From contig JBHGNT010000005.1 of NCBI GenBank assembly GCA_043228905.1, forward strand, positions 868,001 through 932,000: DNA of 64,000 bases, in the 5' to 3' direction. The notes beneath the pieces were generated by a model that had not been told where the DNA came from, searched no databases, and worked only from the letters and a program-made list of their open reading frames with translations. Source of the DNA: Azolla caroliniana (Eukaryota; Plantae; Polypodiophyta). This document shows positions 9,129-23,475 of this stretch, piece after piece. Made by a program: the position numbers and the translations under genes. The stretch's first letter is position 1. Each line of letters starts with the position of its first letter.

Positions 9129-12100
9129 TTATTCCTCTTTTACCGGTTCATCCTCCACCTCGGGCTGGTCGTCGTTGCTGTCCATGCCTCCTAGCTCCGG
9201 CTCACCATCGTGTCGTTTCTTGAACACTTTGATCCTCTTCCCTGCTACCGGTATCGCCATTCTCGTACCGTCGAGCTCCGCGAGATGGTACGTCCCATTG
9301 TCGTTGGCGCCTGTTACTACGTAAGGCCCGAACCACCTCCTCGCAAACTTCCGCGTGGCCCTGTGCTGATTGTCGAGGCTGCTGTCATAGACTAGCACCC
9401 AGTCGCCTTCCTCGATCTTCCTTGGCCGGAGCCGGTGTGTTCGGTCGAACCGGGCTTTGTTCCTTATCCTCGCTACCCGAAGTTTTTCCGCGGCTTGCTC
9501 TATGTCCTCCGGCCTCCGCTCGAGCTGTCGAATCCGCGCCGCCAACAGTTCCTCCCGGCTCATCTCATCCCTCCAGTCCATCGTGGCCCACGAGGAGATC
9601 GTTCACTTTGTTGGCATGATCGGCTTCTGTCTGAACATAAGCTCTACCGGCATGAACCCGGTTACCGAACTGTGCGTAGTCCGGTCCGCCCACAAGGCAT
9701 AAGGTAGTAGCCTTGGCCAGTTCCCGACTTGGCCTCCACACGCCGGTACTAGTGCTTTGACAATCGGCCCGTGTCCGCGCTCTACCTTCCCGTTCACCTC
9801 CGGATTGTACACTGTGGTGAGCTAAAGTTTGACTCCTAGCCGGTCGAACAGCTCTTCGGCCTCTCGTGCGTCCAACTCACCACGGTCAGCCACGATCTTC
9901 CCTACGCACCCATGTCGACATACCACGTCCTCAATAAAAAACCGGCACACGGCTGCAGTCGTCTTGTTTTGCAGAGCTCGGCCTTCAACCTGGTTCGTTA
10001 GATCCTCTCGAGCCATCACCAGATACCGCATCTTCCCTACCCCCATTCGCATCATCACCAAATCCACCATCCACTTGAAGTGGACGGTCGGAGGGTAGGT
10101 CGGGTGAAGCTCGTGCCGGTGTCGGATCATGGAGTGCACATGATAGCTTTCGCAAGTCGTCACGAAACGATGCACGTGCCGGTATAGTCCCGGCCACCAG
10201 TACTTCCCCTTTAGCTTTTCAAACGTTGCCCACGCTCCACGATGTCCAGCCCAAGGACTATCGTGGTACGTCGCCAGCAAATCCTCTTGTTCCTCCTTTT
10301 TCGCCACCACTCGGAGCGGGATGCCGTTCCTCTTCTTCGGGTGCTTCCATATGTACCCGTCCCGGAGAAAGAATCGGTAGGCTTTCTTCCGAATGCGGTT
10401 GGCCTCATCCATTGTCCATGCCGCGTTCGGTGTCATTGTTTTCAGGAACCCGCCGATCTGCAGCCACTCCCCGTTGTACTTGCTCTCGTCGAAATCATTA
10501 AGCATTGGAGTGCATTCCCTGTTGGTTGTTACGTGAGCCGCCTCGAAGAAGTCCACGCCGACTTCCTCGTCCTTCGAAACCATGCCGCCCTCGTTTTTGA
10601 ACCTCGCCCTCGAAAGCATGTCGGCCATGGCATTGTCTTTCCCGGAAATGTGTCGTATTTCCGGATTCAGGGACTTGATGTACGCTATCCACCTGAGCAT
10701 TGCCAGGTCCGGCGTCGCGCATCCGGAAACCATGCCAAGAATTGGCAGGTAGTCCGTCTTGATAATTACCTCTGCCCCGATCAGGTAGTCTTTATCGGCC
10801 TTTACCGCCGAAATGATACCCCAGAGCTCGTGTTTAACCTGGGCGTATCCTCGCTGTCGCTCGCTAAGGACCTTCGCGCCGAACCGGATCGGGAAACGCA
10901 TGCCATCCTCGTCCTCTTGGTTGACGACCCATCCGATCCCGATCAGACTCGTGTCTATCGTTACGTAAATTGGAGTGTCCTTTCCGTAGACAGCCTTTCG
11001 GAGCGCCGGAGCTGCAGCAAGTGCTTCCTTCATCTTTCAGACAGACTCTGTATGCTCGTCTCTCCACTCGAATTTTCGCCCCTTTTTCAACAACCCGTAT
11101 AACGGCTCCGCGACATGAGCGTAATGCGGGATCCATATGTGGTAGAACGCGCATGCTCCCAAGAACCTCCGAACCTCCGTGACCGAGCTACAATCTTGCT
11201 TCATCGCGGAGATGACTTCTACCTTAGCTGGAGACGGTTTCCGGCCGTACGACCCGCATAGGTGTCCGACGACCATGATCTCTGATTGCCCGAAGGCCGA
11301 TTTTTCCCCGGAGAAGGTGAGCCCCGCGCCCTCCAACCTCTGCAGCACCTTCTCATAGTCATCGATGTGCGTCGCCACGAATTTCCGGCACCTGTCTGGT
11401 CCGATCATCTCGTCCTTTTCCTCCACCGGGCATCCCTTGATCGGGACGTCGTCTAGAAATGGCATGGTGATGTCCAGGATACAATCCCTCAGCACCTTGT
11501 TCATTGCGTTCACCATGTGAGCCACCGAGTTCGTCCCTCCTTGTGGTAGGGTACACATCCGTACTAGGCCGAGAGGAGTTCGCATTGTCGTGATGTCTCT
11601 GCTCTCTATGGCTAGCTGGAACTGATCGTACCCCGAGTAGAGATCACCGACCGAGTAAATCGACCTTCCGGCGAAGGCCTCCGCGAACTCGTCTATTGTC
11701 GGTTTGATTCCTGCGTTTCGAATGGTCACCTTGTTGACCGGCTGCAGGTCTTGAATAAAGCGCAGTGAGCCGTTCTTCTTCGGCACAGTAAACCACCAAT
11801 TCAAGTATGGGGCACTCGACGGTTCGAGGATGCCCATCTCGACCTTCTGCTTTAACAGCTCCATCATCTTCGGGATGTGAGATCTGGGTACTGGAATCGG
11901 TTTGAGACTCCACGACACATGCGGTACCATGAATATCACCATCGATTCCACGACTGTCGGGTCTACGCACCCGATCTCCTCCGGTGAGAATGCGAAATCC
12001 TTCCCGTGCCTTCCGAGCATTCCCCGAAAACGGTCCTCTTCCGCCAGTAGTAGGAAGCCGCTCCCACCGATTTTGAGCTCGCGGAGCGTTATGTCGGTGA

Positions 12101-12554
12101 ATGTGTGTCTTATGTGGGCCGGATTTCGTAAACTCGGGTCCGACGCAACCCCCTTTATTCGCAACTCGCTGCCCTCCAGCAAGGGAGCCGCGACTGGCCT
12201 CATCTTCCGGTCCACAGTCTTGTACCTCGTGTCCACCCGGGCCGTCCGATCCGACTCGAGCCTTCTACTGAAGTCCGTGATGACTTCGTACATCCTTTCC
12301 GAACATACCAGAATCGTCCGGTCCTCTTTAAGGACTCCTCCGACTACCTCTCGCAGCTCCCCCAAGGTATTATCGAAAGAGACCGCCTCCACGGCTTCGT
12401 TGATTTCCTCTCCAAGGCCGAGGATACCACATGCCCGAAGTCGCTCCTCCACCCTTTTCTTCTTCCGGCCAACAACGTCGACTATCGTACACCCTCCGTT
12501 GTCGGAGAACCAAAATTTCCTACTTATAGTACAGGTCTTCTTCGCTATCGTACA
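9129..12554 (-). pseudogene. pol: pol of B with in-frame stops
   Basis: ORF-track pieces carry RT PFLDDVP, RNase H and integrase motifs collinear with A. Confidence 0.93.
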
Positions 12555-12945
12555 TGAAAACATGAGTGTTTGCGGAAGCGTAAAACAGAGAACAATAGAG
12601 AGAGAGAGAGAGAGAGTAGAACGTAATTTCAAAATTATTTTCAGACTCTATATACACACTATGCTAAGTAGCACTATTTATACAAGTCCTCTTGGGACTG
12701 ACAGAAGTACCATGTACTTCAATGCTCACACGAGCTTCTGACACTTACTACTAGACTATAGCTACCTAGTAGTCTATCCTATACTAGTCTTCCGATTGGA
12801 CTTCCGGTTACGGATTGCACCCGGCCTCCACTGCTTGCCGGTTCGGTTGCTCACCGTCATACCGATCCGTTTCGCCCGATCCGTCTCGCTTACCGGCTCC
12901 GGCTTATTCAGCCGATCCGGCTCCGGTTGAGCTTGCCGCTCAACA
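12555..12945 (-). repeat. 3' LTR of C
   Basis: Matches 23399-23805 apart from (AG)n length and a few substitutions. Confidence 0.95.
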
Positions 12946-14395
12946 CTCCCCCTCAAGGTCAACCTGAGGTGGGGTCGTAGTGTTGACCTCTGTGGCAGTC
13001 GGTTCTTCCAACCGACTTCTCTTGGCGTCACTCCGCCTTGCTCGCGCTCCTCGTCCGGTCCGGTCCCGTTTGCCGTGACCCCTTTGGTTCTGCGCGCCTC
13101 GACCCTCTCGGTCGGCATGTCTGCTCAATAGGCCCATCTCAGCATTCACGTTGTTGTGACTCCGGCGCTTGCCGATCCGTCGGTTCTCCCACGATGGCAT
13201 CGACTTCCGCTGTGTCCGTGTCCCCTTGTCCTTCAGTCGATCCGACTCATCCGGATCCATCTGTTGATCTGAGTCAGCTGTCTCTGACTCGTTCCAGCTC
13301 TTGTCCGAATCGGTACACTCCGATTCGACTTCCGGCTTTAGGCCTCTCACCACATCGGACCACTTCTGAGTCTTGGCCTTCTCCATGCTTCCCTCGGCTT
13401 CTTCAGCCGGTGAATCGAAATCGAATTCTTCATTCGACTCCGCATCATGGTCAGTACCGTCATGATGACCTCCGCACAGCATGCACTTCTCTTCCTGAGT
13501 GCACAACTCTTCTTCACAGCTGCTTGCTCCGACCTGTTCGGATGTGTCGACTTCCTTCGTCGACTCGGCTTCCTTCATCTTCTTGTCTCCTCTTCTTCCG
13601 GCTCTCCTCTTATCGGCGGGTTCAACAGTTTTTTGGCCTTTGCCCGTTTCGGTAGAGACTTTGCCCTTGCTTCTCCCCCTCAAGTGTGGCACGTCGAGAT
13701 GCTGAATACCAAGCATGTCGGTAAAGTGCTGCAACTTGTCTGATCCGAGCGGCTTGGTGAAGATGTCGGCAACTTGCCGATCCGTATGAACATACCGTAG
13801 GTCAACTTCACCGCTCAGGACCCGCTCACGCATGAAGTGGTAGTGCACCTCGATGTGCTTTGTGCGAGCATGGAACACAAGGTTCTTGGCGAGTTGCAGG
13901 CTGCTCATGTTATCGCAGTAAATCGGGATCGGGGTCGGTACCTCGATCCGCAAGTCTCGCAGCAGTCGCCGAAGCCAGATGGCTTCACAAGTGGCAATGG
14001 TAGCGGCCCGGTACTCAGCCTCAGTGCTTGACAAAGCCACTGTGGGCTGCTTCTTGCTGCTCCACGCAACGACCGCGCTACCTATGGAGAACATGTATCC
14101 GGAAGTGGAGTAGCGATCAGACGCATCGCCGGCCCAGTCAGCATTTGTGTAACCGATAAGCTCTTCGGGTATACCTCGCCGGTATAGCAGTCCCCGGTCC
14201 TTAGTGCCGCTGACATACCATAATATTCGTTGCGCGCACTGAAGGTGCTCCACGGTCGTCTTCTGCATGAACTGACTTACCATGCCCACCGGATAGCTGA
14301 TGTCGGGTCGGGTGATGGTTAAGTAGATCAAGCTTCCGACAACCTGTCAGAACCGTTTCTCATTGCGGGCCGGTCCGGAGTTGGGACGGAGCTTC
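12940..14395 (-). pseudogene. pol: RT C-terminus and RNase H of C plus an in-frame extension of about 240 codons
   Basis: TRPDISY, SKKQPTVALSSTEAEY, ARTKHIEVHYHF, VADIFTK. The ORF stays open into the LTR. Confidence 0.88.
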
Positions 14396-17300
14396 TGTTG
14401 CGAGCAATGTCGTCAGTGCGGAAGATCAAGAAGCACTCGATTCCTGTTTATTCCCTGTGTATGACAGTTTCTATGTCGTTGCACAGAGAGAGAGAGAGAG
14501 AGAGAGGCACAAAAGAGTCTTTATTTCATAAAGCAAATAATACAAACAACCAACCTCACAAAGAGGTTACAAGGTCACTATATATAGTGACCGACTTAGG
14601 GCAACTGCCCTTTATGCTAATTACATAAATGGCCAAAACGGGATGGTGTGAATACGTCCATTATACACAGGTATTCGACACTCCCCCGTAATGGGCGTAT
14701 ACATGGGTTATCTAAGGTTACAGGTATAGACTTAGGTTCTCGGACATATCAGCTTTGTTCGAGTCGGCAGGGTCCGAAGGCAGAAGACCGAACTGGTCGG
14801 GTCGGAACAGTTGAAGCCGATCATTAAGCAACTGATGTCGGTTGTCGGGAACCATCCTGCTCTGTGTCCGGCTCTAACCGGACTGGTTTGTCGTTACGCC
14901 CATCTGATGCCGAAGAGACCGAAGACGGTCTGCCGAAAGACACTTGGTCATTCCATCTGCGACATTGTCGGTTGTGGATATTTTCTCTAGACCGATTTTC
15001 CCTGAAATGACGCAGTCCCGAACGAAGTGATATCGAACGTCGATATGTTTGGAGGCGTTGTGGTGAACCGGATTTTTCGACAAGGCAACAGCACCTTGAC
15101 TGTCGCTGTAGACAACTGGAGCCGAGTCATGGTCGACTTGTCGAAACGTGTGCGCCAGCCGACCGAGCCACAGAGCTTCTTTTGCTGCGTCGGACGCAGC
15201 TACATATTCTGCTTCGGTCGTTGAGGTCGCTGTGCACTCCTGAAGTTTCGACTTCCACGAGATTGCTCCATTGCCGAATTTGAAGCAGTATCCGGTTGTT
15301 GATTTCCGACTGTCTATACAGCCGGTGAAGTCCGAGTCGGTGTAACCGACTACGCCTGAGGTTCGGTTCGGACCGAAAAGAATGCCGTGGTCTTTTGTGC
15401 CAGCCAGATATCTGAACACATGCTTGACTGCGTTCCAATGCGATCGGCCAGGATTGTGCATAAATCTGCTAACGACTCCTACGGCGTGAGAAATATCAGG
15501 CTATGTCGCGACCATCAGGTACATAAGGGAGCCGACTGCCGGTGCATACGGTACCGACTTCATATCTTCCCCCTCCGAGCCGGATGTCGGGCAGTCTCGC
15601 TGAGAGACCCGAAGATTCATGGGGAGCGGGGTTGAAGCAGATTTGGCTGATTGCATGTTGAAGCGTTCCAAGACACGTCCGATGTAGTCGGTCTGAGACA
15701 AAAAAAGATGTCGTTTATCGTGATGCCGACTAATCTTCATGCCGAGTATGTGTCGTGCCGGACCGAGGTCCTTCATGGCAAACTTCAACCGCAGTTGCCG
15801 AACGAGATTGGCAAGTTCGCCCGCGTGGCGTCCAGAAATTAGCATGTCGTCCACGTAAATGATGAGGAAGATGGGTGATCCATCTTGAGCTGTGTTGGTA
15901 AAGAGACAATGGTCCTCATCGCTTTTTGAGAAGCCGATCGATTGGATGAAGTCGTCGAACTTCTTGTACCATTGTCGCGGTGCCTGTTTGAGGCCGTATA
16001 GACTCTTCCTGAGTCGGCAGACTAGATGTTCTTGGCCAGGTGCCACGAAGCCTTTTGACTGCTCCATATAAATTTCCTCCTCGAGATCACCATGGAGGAA
16101 GGCTGTTTTGACATCTAGCTGAATCAGCTCCAAGTTGTCGGCTGCCACGACGCCGAGCAGAAAACGAAGGGTTGTCATTTTCACCACTGGTGAAAAAATC
16201 TCGTCGAAGTCGACGCCATATTCTTGTCGGAAGCCCTTTGCCTTGTACTTTGGGGTGGTCGAATCAGACGTCTCTTTTAGTCGATAAACCCACTTGCAAG
16301 GAAGAGCACGTCGGTTCCTAGGTAATTCGACCAGATCCCAAGTCTTGTTTGCCCGAATGGAGTGCATTTCCGACTCCATCGCCAGATGCCAGGTGGCCGA
16401 ATCGACAGATGTCGATGCTTCTTCGTAGGACGTCGGTTCGCCGGCGTCGGTGAAGAAAATTCCAGGAGAATACCTCTCCGGAGGTTGCGACAGTCTCTCG
16501 GATCGTCGAGGTATGATTGGACTGGTCGCATCGGGTATCGAGGTCGGATGGTCCGAAACCGAATCATTCGGCTGTGCCGAGTCAGAGTTGTCCGAGTCGG
16601 TAGTATAAGGTTCAGCTACCCGTGAAGCTGACCGTGTGTTGAGAGCGGGGCCTTCTTGAAGGGTCGGCACATCGGAGAATGTTACCCTTCGGACTTCGAT
16701 CGGTTTGTCGACTGATGGATTCATAGCCGACTCGTTGAACACAACGTCCGAACTTCGAACGATTTGTCTGCGTTTGGGGTCCCAGAGTCGGTATCCCATT
16801 TCGCCGTCTGATCCATATCCAAGGAAAATGCATTTCCTGGACCGAGGTGCAAGTTTTCGGCGATCATCTTTCGGAATAAGGGCGCACGCCTCGCATCCGA
16901 AGATCCTCAGCTTGTCGTAATTCGGCTTGCTGCCGATCCATAGTTCCTGAGGAATTTGAAGTCCTAGAGGTCTACTTGGCGACATATTGATTATGTGTAC
17001 TGCCGTGAGTAGAGCCTCTGCCCAGAAGCCATCCGACAGTCGGGAGTGTTGGAGCATGGAAACTATCCGTTCTTGGATTGTCCGATTCATTCGTTCTGCA
17101 ATCCCGTTTTGCTCCGGACTGTGTGGTGCCGTAAATTCACGTCGGATGCCGCGTTGTCGGCAGAATTTGACGAATTCTTCAGATTTGAACTCTCCCCCAT
17201 TATCGGTCCGAAAGCATTTCAGTTTTCGGTCGGTTTGATTTTCTGCCATAGCGAGCCAATCGGAGAAGATCGAGAAGACACGATCTTTGGTGCGAATTGG

Positions 17301-19744
17301 ATAAGCCCACACCTTTCGAGTCGAATCGTCAATAAAACTGACGAAGTAAGAGGCACCGCCAAGAGACTGATGCGGCATTGGGCCACAGACGTCCGAGTGG
17401 ACTAAATCGAGAGGTCTCGTTTCTCTTGGTGCTGATGTCGGGTGTGATGCGGCTGCTTGTTTGCCGTACTGGCAATGCTCGCAGAATTGATGGTCCGAGA
17501 AGGAGAGTTTGGGGATGTATCTGGCTCTAGATAGGTGCGTGATGCCGGCCTTGCTGAGGTGTCCTAATCTTCGGTGCCATAATGATGACACAGGAATATC
17601 CACCAAAAACAGGTTACCCTCTCTGAGCGTAACATGTAACGGATACAGTGAGTGTATCTTGGGTCCTCTAGCAAGCAGGAGGTTCCCCCTGTGGAGTGTC
17701 CACCCTCCCGAAGAAAAACCGGCACGAATGCCGTCTTCATCTAGTTGTCCGACTGAGATCAATGGCCTTGTGAGCTCGGGTACATGTCGGACATTGTGGA
17801 GTACAAGTGTAGAGCCACCTGCAAGGTTGAGCTCCACTGTGCCGATTCCGACGATGTCACAGTGTTGTGAGTTGCCGACTCGAACTGAGTCGGAGTGACG
17901 GATCGTATATTGCCGAAATTGGGATCGATGAGGAGTCACGTGAAATGACGCGCCCGAATCTAAGAGCCATGTGCTCGACTCTTCAGTCGTGAGTAGAACT
18001 TCTGATCCGACTGGATTTTCGATTGATAGTATATTCGGGTCGTCTGGTAGCACATCAGCTGAGAAGCTGACGTAGTTGACCTCCTCATGCCGGCCACTCT
18101 TCTTGTTGTTCTTGTTCTTGAGTGTGCGGCAGTCGGCTTTGATGTGTCCGGGTTTCTTGCAATAGTTGCAGATTCGGTTATCCCGTGACTGGCTCCGTCT
18201 TCGCTGATTGTTCGGCGGTCGTGAGGAATCTCTTCCTCGTATGTTCGATCGGTCTGTCGAGCCTTGTACTACGTAAGCGTCGTCTGTTGAGTCTTTGGCA
18301 AAAGACTTTCTCCGAGCTGCTTCAGTCAGGATTGCGCTCGTGACTTCGGAGTATTTAACAGCCGTGGTTGACGCGTTGCACACGGTTGTGACGAAAGTTT
18401 CCCATGATGAGGGAAGGCTGCTCATGAGTATCATTGCTCTGAGTTCATCCTCGATTGCCGTCCCCTGTGACGAGATTTGGGAGCTTATGCTTTCGTACTC
18501 ATTGAGGTGTGCTTGAACCGAATCGGAGTCTTTCATCCGCAAGTTGTAGAGGCGCCGGATCAGAAACATCTTCATTGCGGCGACCTTCTTTTCGTAAGTG
18601 TCCGACAGTGTTTTCCATAGTTCGAATGCTGTCGTACACGATTGCACCGTAAAGTATACCGATTCCGATAGGTGCATCCGAATCGTGGCGCGGACGATTC
18701 TGTCCAGCTTCTGCCACTCCATTGGTTTGTATCCTTCTGGAGGTTCTTCAGTTTCGATGGGATCGATTTGTCCCTTGACTATGAGATAGTCCTGCATTTG
18801 CTCTTTCCAGAAGTTGAAGTTCGATCCATTGAACTTTCGTAGACTCATTTCTGATGAGCCGGATGTTGATGCCATCAAATTGGGTTTCGGTTGACGAAGC
18901 TCGGTTCGGAGTTGACTACGAGCCTTGTTGGAGTGCAGCCGGTTGGCTCACCCGATATCGTTCTAGTCGGATTTGAACCCGAGTCGATTCGGCTTCGGAA
19001 CTTGCTCGAATTGACTCCGGTAACTTGAGGGACAGAACCGACTGGTCTTCTCGAATGTCGCCGAGTCGGAGTGAGCCCGATTTGCTTCGGATATATATGC
19101 CGAATACCGATTATTGAAACCGATTATCTGGACCGATTCGGCTTCGGTTGACTGCAGCGATGAGAGAGACGGATCCGACTGATCCTCCCGAATGTCGATC
19201 AGCCAGATGAAGCACGAATTTGGGTTGTTGTCAGAGTTGCACAAGGGGATTTCACCTCGAGCGGTTACGATCACAGGGGACAGAGTACAACCTGCTGGCT
19301 TACTCCAAGCAAGGGGATCTAACGCGATGAGGTGCAAACCTCGTTTTTGTTCTTCTTCTCTCTTTCTTCGAATGACGCGAATACTGTGCAGGCCGTGTTG
19401 AGGTGAAGAACCGAATGCTGTGTAGGCGGTGATGACGGCCGAACCTTGCTCTGATACCAGATGTTGCGAGCAATGTCGTCAGTGCGGAAGATCAAGAAGC
19501 ACTCGATTCCTGTTTATTCCCTGTGTATGACAGTTTCTATGTCGTTGCACAGAGAGAGAGAGAGAGAGAGGCACAAAAGAGTCTTTATTTCATAAAGCAA
19601 ATAATACAAACAACCAACCTCACAAAGAGGTTACAAGGTCACTATATATAGTGACCGACTTAGGGCAACTGCCCTTTATGCTAATTACATAAATGGCCAA
19701 AACGGGATGGTGTGAATACGTCCATTATACACAGGTATTCGACA
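14396..19744 (-). mobile_element. Ty1/copia element D (Tnt1-like polyprotein), very recent
   Basis: LTRs 14396-14680 and 19462-19744 identical except (AG)11 vs (AG)10, TSD GCTTC, PBS 19448-19459. Confidence 0.97.
14874..18878 (-). pseudogene. pol: gag-pol of D with one in-frame TAG (15501) and a 4-codon RT deletion
   Basis: CNYCKKPGHIKADC, WLLDSGAS, integrase HSDVCGP and TDNGGEF, RT IYVDDM, RNase H. Confidence 0.93.
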
Positions 19745-22700
19745 GCTTCTGGTTTCGGTCCAGGGGTATGGAGACAGGTCGGCAATCCGTCATGCGGAAC
19801 TTATACAACATATTCAACACGTAATGTCGTTGTGAGAGCAATATGCCGTCGTGGGTCCGGATCACTTCGATCCCAAGAAAATAATGAAGGTCCCCCAGGT
19901 CCTTCATTTCGAATGCGTCTGACAACTGGGACTTGACGCGGTTGATTTCGGGAAGACCCGGTCCGGTTATGACTAAATCATCCACATACAAGAGTATACA
20001 TACCGGACCGTCAGAGCCTTGCCAGATGAACAACGAAGAGTCCGACTTAGAGACAGCAAACCCCAACTTACGCAACCGGTGCGTGATCTTCACGTTCCAG
20101 GCTCGGGGGGCTTGCTTCAAGCCGTAAAGCGACTTCTTCAGTCGGCATACCGCCGACTTGTTCATCTCCGATTGAAATCCGGGGGGCTGAGTCATAAACA
20201 CTTCTTCTTCAAGCTCTCCTTGAAGGAAGGCGTTCTTCACATCCATCTGGTGAAGATGCCACCCCCTTGCTGTAGCAACCGCCAGTACCACACGAACCGT
20301 CGTCATCTTCGCCACAGGAGTGAAGGTCTTGTCGTAGTCGATTCCGTGGGTCTGCGCGTATCCCTTCGCCACTAACCGGGCTTTGTACCGGTTAACAGAA
20401 TCGTTGGCGTTGTACTTGACCTTGTACACCCACTTGCATCCGATCGGTTTACAGTGACGGGGAGGATCAACTAGGTCCCAAGTTTCGTTGGCATCGAGTG
20501 CCCGCATTTCTTCGTCCATAGCGGCACGCCAATTTGCGTCCTTTGCCGCTTTTGCGTAGCTCTCCGGCTCACGCACTTCTGTTACCTTAGTCATGTACGC
20601 ATAATGATGCGCCATGTATTCATTGTACCCATACCGCATGACGGGATCCTTCTGGCGGGTTGATCGGCGCAACGCACCGTCACATGATTTGAGGCCCTTC
20701 TTGGCCAGTTCGGTCTTCGTTGCCGAAGATCAGCCTTTCTCCTTTCCGGAGTCGGATACACACCGATCCGACTCATCGTTGCCGGTTTCGAATTCCGGCA
20801 TCTTCCTCTTCCCCTTCTCTTTGCGCGTGAACCGTTTCCTCGGTTCCTTGTGCGGGGAGAGCACGACAGAGTCTCCACCACTTGCCGTCTCTTCATCCGA
20901 CTGGTCCAACCGACTCAGTCGCTCGTTCGGTCCACTCAACCGTAACGATTCTGGACTCTCATCTTGAGTCCCGACTTCATCATCCTCTGCCAGGGCTGAT
21001 TCAGGCTCACTGGCCTGATCTTCCGACATTGGGTCGGAATCGGAAGTCGGAGTCGGTACGGAGTACCAGGATGCCGATTCATCGAACTCGACATCCCGGC
21101 TAACTCGGACTTCCTTCGTCCGGGGGTTATAGCACTTATACCCCTTTTGCTCTTGAGCATAGCCGACTAGGATGCATTTTTCCGATTTTGCATCCAGCTT
21201 TCTCCGCTTCTGATCCGGCACATGCACATACGCTATGCTGCCGAATATCCGAAGGTGTCTTAAGTTCGGCTTGCGCTCGAAATACAACTCATGAGCTGAC
21301 ACCTTGTCATCAATGCGGTTTTGTATGTAGACGGCCGTCCGGACCGCCTCTGCCTAGTAGAACCGGGGCATGCTCTTCTCCTCCAACATTGCCCTTGCCG
21401 CTTCGACGAGTGTCCGGTTCTTCCTTTCGGCCACACCGTTTTGCTCCGGTGTGTATCTGCAGCTGAACTCTCACCGAATTCCCTTCTGCTGCAGATAACT
21501 AGTGAATTGGCCGGAAAAATATTCCTTTCCGCCATCCGATCAAAGGCATTTGATCTTCCTCTTCGATTCCCGTTCCACCATCTTCTGGAGGCTCCGGAAA
21601 CAGTCGAAGACTTCGCTCTTCCGCTCAATGAGGTAGATCCAAGTGTGTCGAGTATAGTCGTCGATGAAGGAGACGAAGTATCGGCTCCCGCCAAGGCTTA
21701 CACTTTGTGCCGGTCCCCACACATCCGAATGGATAAGATCGAGCTTGTTACGGCTCCGGTTCCGTTCGGTGGGGAATGGAAGCCGGTGTTGCTTCCCAAG
21801 TTGGCAGGCTTCACAAATTTCGGCTCTCCGGCCGCTGAACTTCGGCAAACCGAAAACGACTTGTTTCGTTTGCAGGTCTTGAAGCCTCCGGTAGTTGACG
21901 TGGCCTATCCGCTTGTGCCACAGGTCGATGTCCGACTCGACCTTCTGTCTTTTCGCGAACAGAGCGGTGCCAAAGTCATTGGTGTTGAGGATAAACATCC
22001 TCCCGTCTTTGCGCCCTAAACCCGAGATGCGTAAACCGCACCTGCATCCCCTGGTCGACAATCTAATCGACGGACACCAGGTTCTTCGTGATTGTCGGAA
22101 CGTGTAATACGTTCATCAGCTTCCCTTTCTATCCGACGTGGCTTAGAGGGACTTCTCCGACGTGCACGATTAGGTGAGGAGTGTCATCTCCGGTTTCGAC
22201 TACTCTTGGTTGATCCAGTTTCTCCAGAAAGGAGAACCACTCTTTGTGGCTCGTCATGTGGTTCGACGCGCTGGAATCAACATACCACACTTCCTCCGTT
22301 TTGGAAGTGGTCTTCTTCATTGAGTTTGCCTTGTGATTCATCACCAAGGCTGGCCCCTTACCGGCCTTTCCGGTTCCGGATCCTCCTGATCCGTTTGCGT
22401 AGTGCGAGTTTTGCCGGCCATCCTTACCGGTCTTGCCGGATCCGGATTTGTCCGAATCGGCACGCTTTCTCCAGCACTCGCTTTCCCTGTGGCCTTTTTT
22501 GCCACAGTACCAACATTCCGTAGCGGATTTGTCTTGCTGGCCTCCGGCACCGCCTTGTCTCCCCCTGCTTGTGGAAGTCCCGGAACCACTGTCGGCACGC
22601 TCATAGTGCCTCCGTTCCTGCTCTTGCCGGCCGCCTCCATTGCGTGCCGACCCACCTCTTCCACCACGCCCATGGAGCCGATCCGTTCCCGTGTATAGCA

Positions 22701-23292
22701 TTCGGCTGTCCGGGGATGCACTGGTAGATGCACCGGCGTGGTTCTCCTCTACAAGGAGCATCGACTGTAAGTCGAAGAATGAGGGGGTATTCTCCCTTTT
22801 ACACACCGCAGTCCGGAACGCTCCGAACTTGGACGCCAGGCCTCCGAGACATACCTGCACCATCTTGTCTTCCTCTACGGTAACATTGATAGAGGCGAGC
22901 GAGTCGCAGATCTCCTTTATCCGGCCCGTGTAGTCTGCCACAGACATGTTCTTCTGTCGAACATTGCTCAACTCCTGTCTGAGTTGCAACTTTCGGGTAG
23001 TGGTGGTTGCGGCGAAAACCTTTTTCAGGTTCCCCCAAGCATCCTTCGGTGTCTTGGCGTCACGGATGTGGCTGAGCAGCTGATCGCCGACACTGGACGC
23101 GAAGCAGTACATCACCCTGCTTGCCACCTGTTCCCATACCGGGAAGTCCTTGTGTGCCGAGTCGGGCGCTGCATCATTCGCTCCTTCGACATAACTCCAG
23201 TACCCGTGTCCAAGCAGGTACTGGTGCATCTTGTAAGACCAGGATGCGTAGTTGCTCTTGTCAAGCTTCTCCACCGGGAGCGACGTAGCCAT
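19745..23292 (-). pseudogene. gag-PR-IN-RT of C (fragmented)
   Basis: CWYCGKKGHRESEC, WYVDSSASNHM, HSDVWGP, RT LYVDDL. Confidence 0.92.
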
Positions 23293-23398
23293 GCCTCTAT
23301 CCAGGTCTTCTACTGTGTCTATTTTCGACCTATTAGGGTTTTCTTCTCAAGAGTAAATGTCTGCAGCAGAGGTTCTCAACCCTCGCGCTCTGATACCA

Positions 23399-23440
23399 TG
23401 AAAACGTGAGTGTTTGCGGAAGCATAAAACAGAGAACAAC

Positions 23441-23475
<35 letters not shown>

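Noticed and set aside
10242-12741. Long antisense ORFs (286 aa, 279 aa and similar elsewhere)
   Set aside because: They are shadows of GC-rich pol codons, with no motifs and inconsistent ends between copies.
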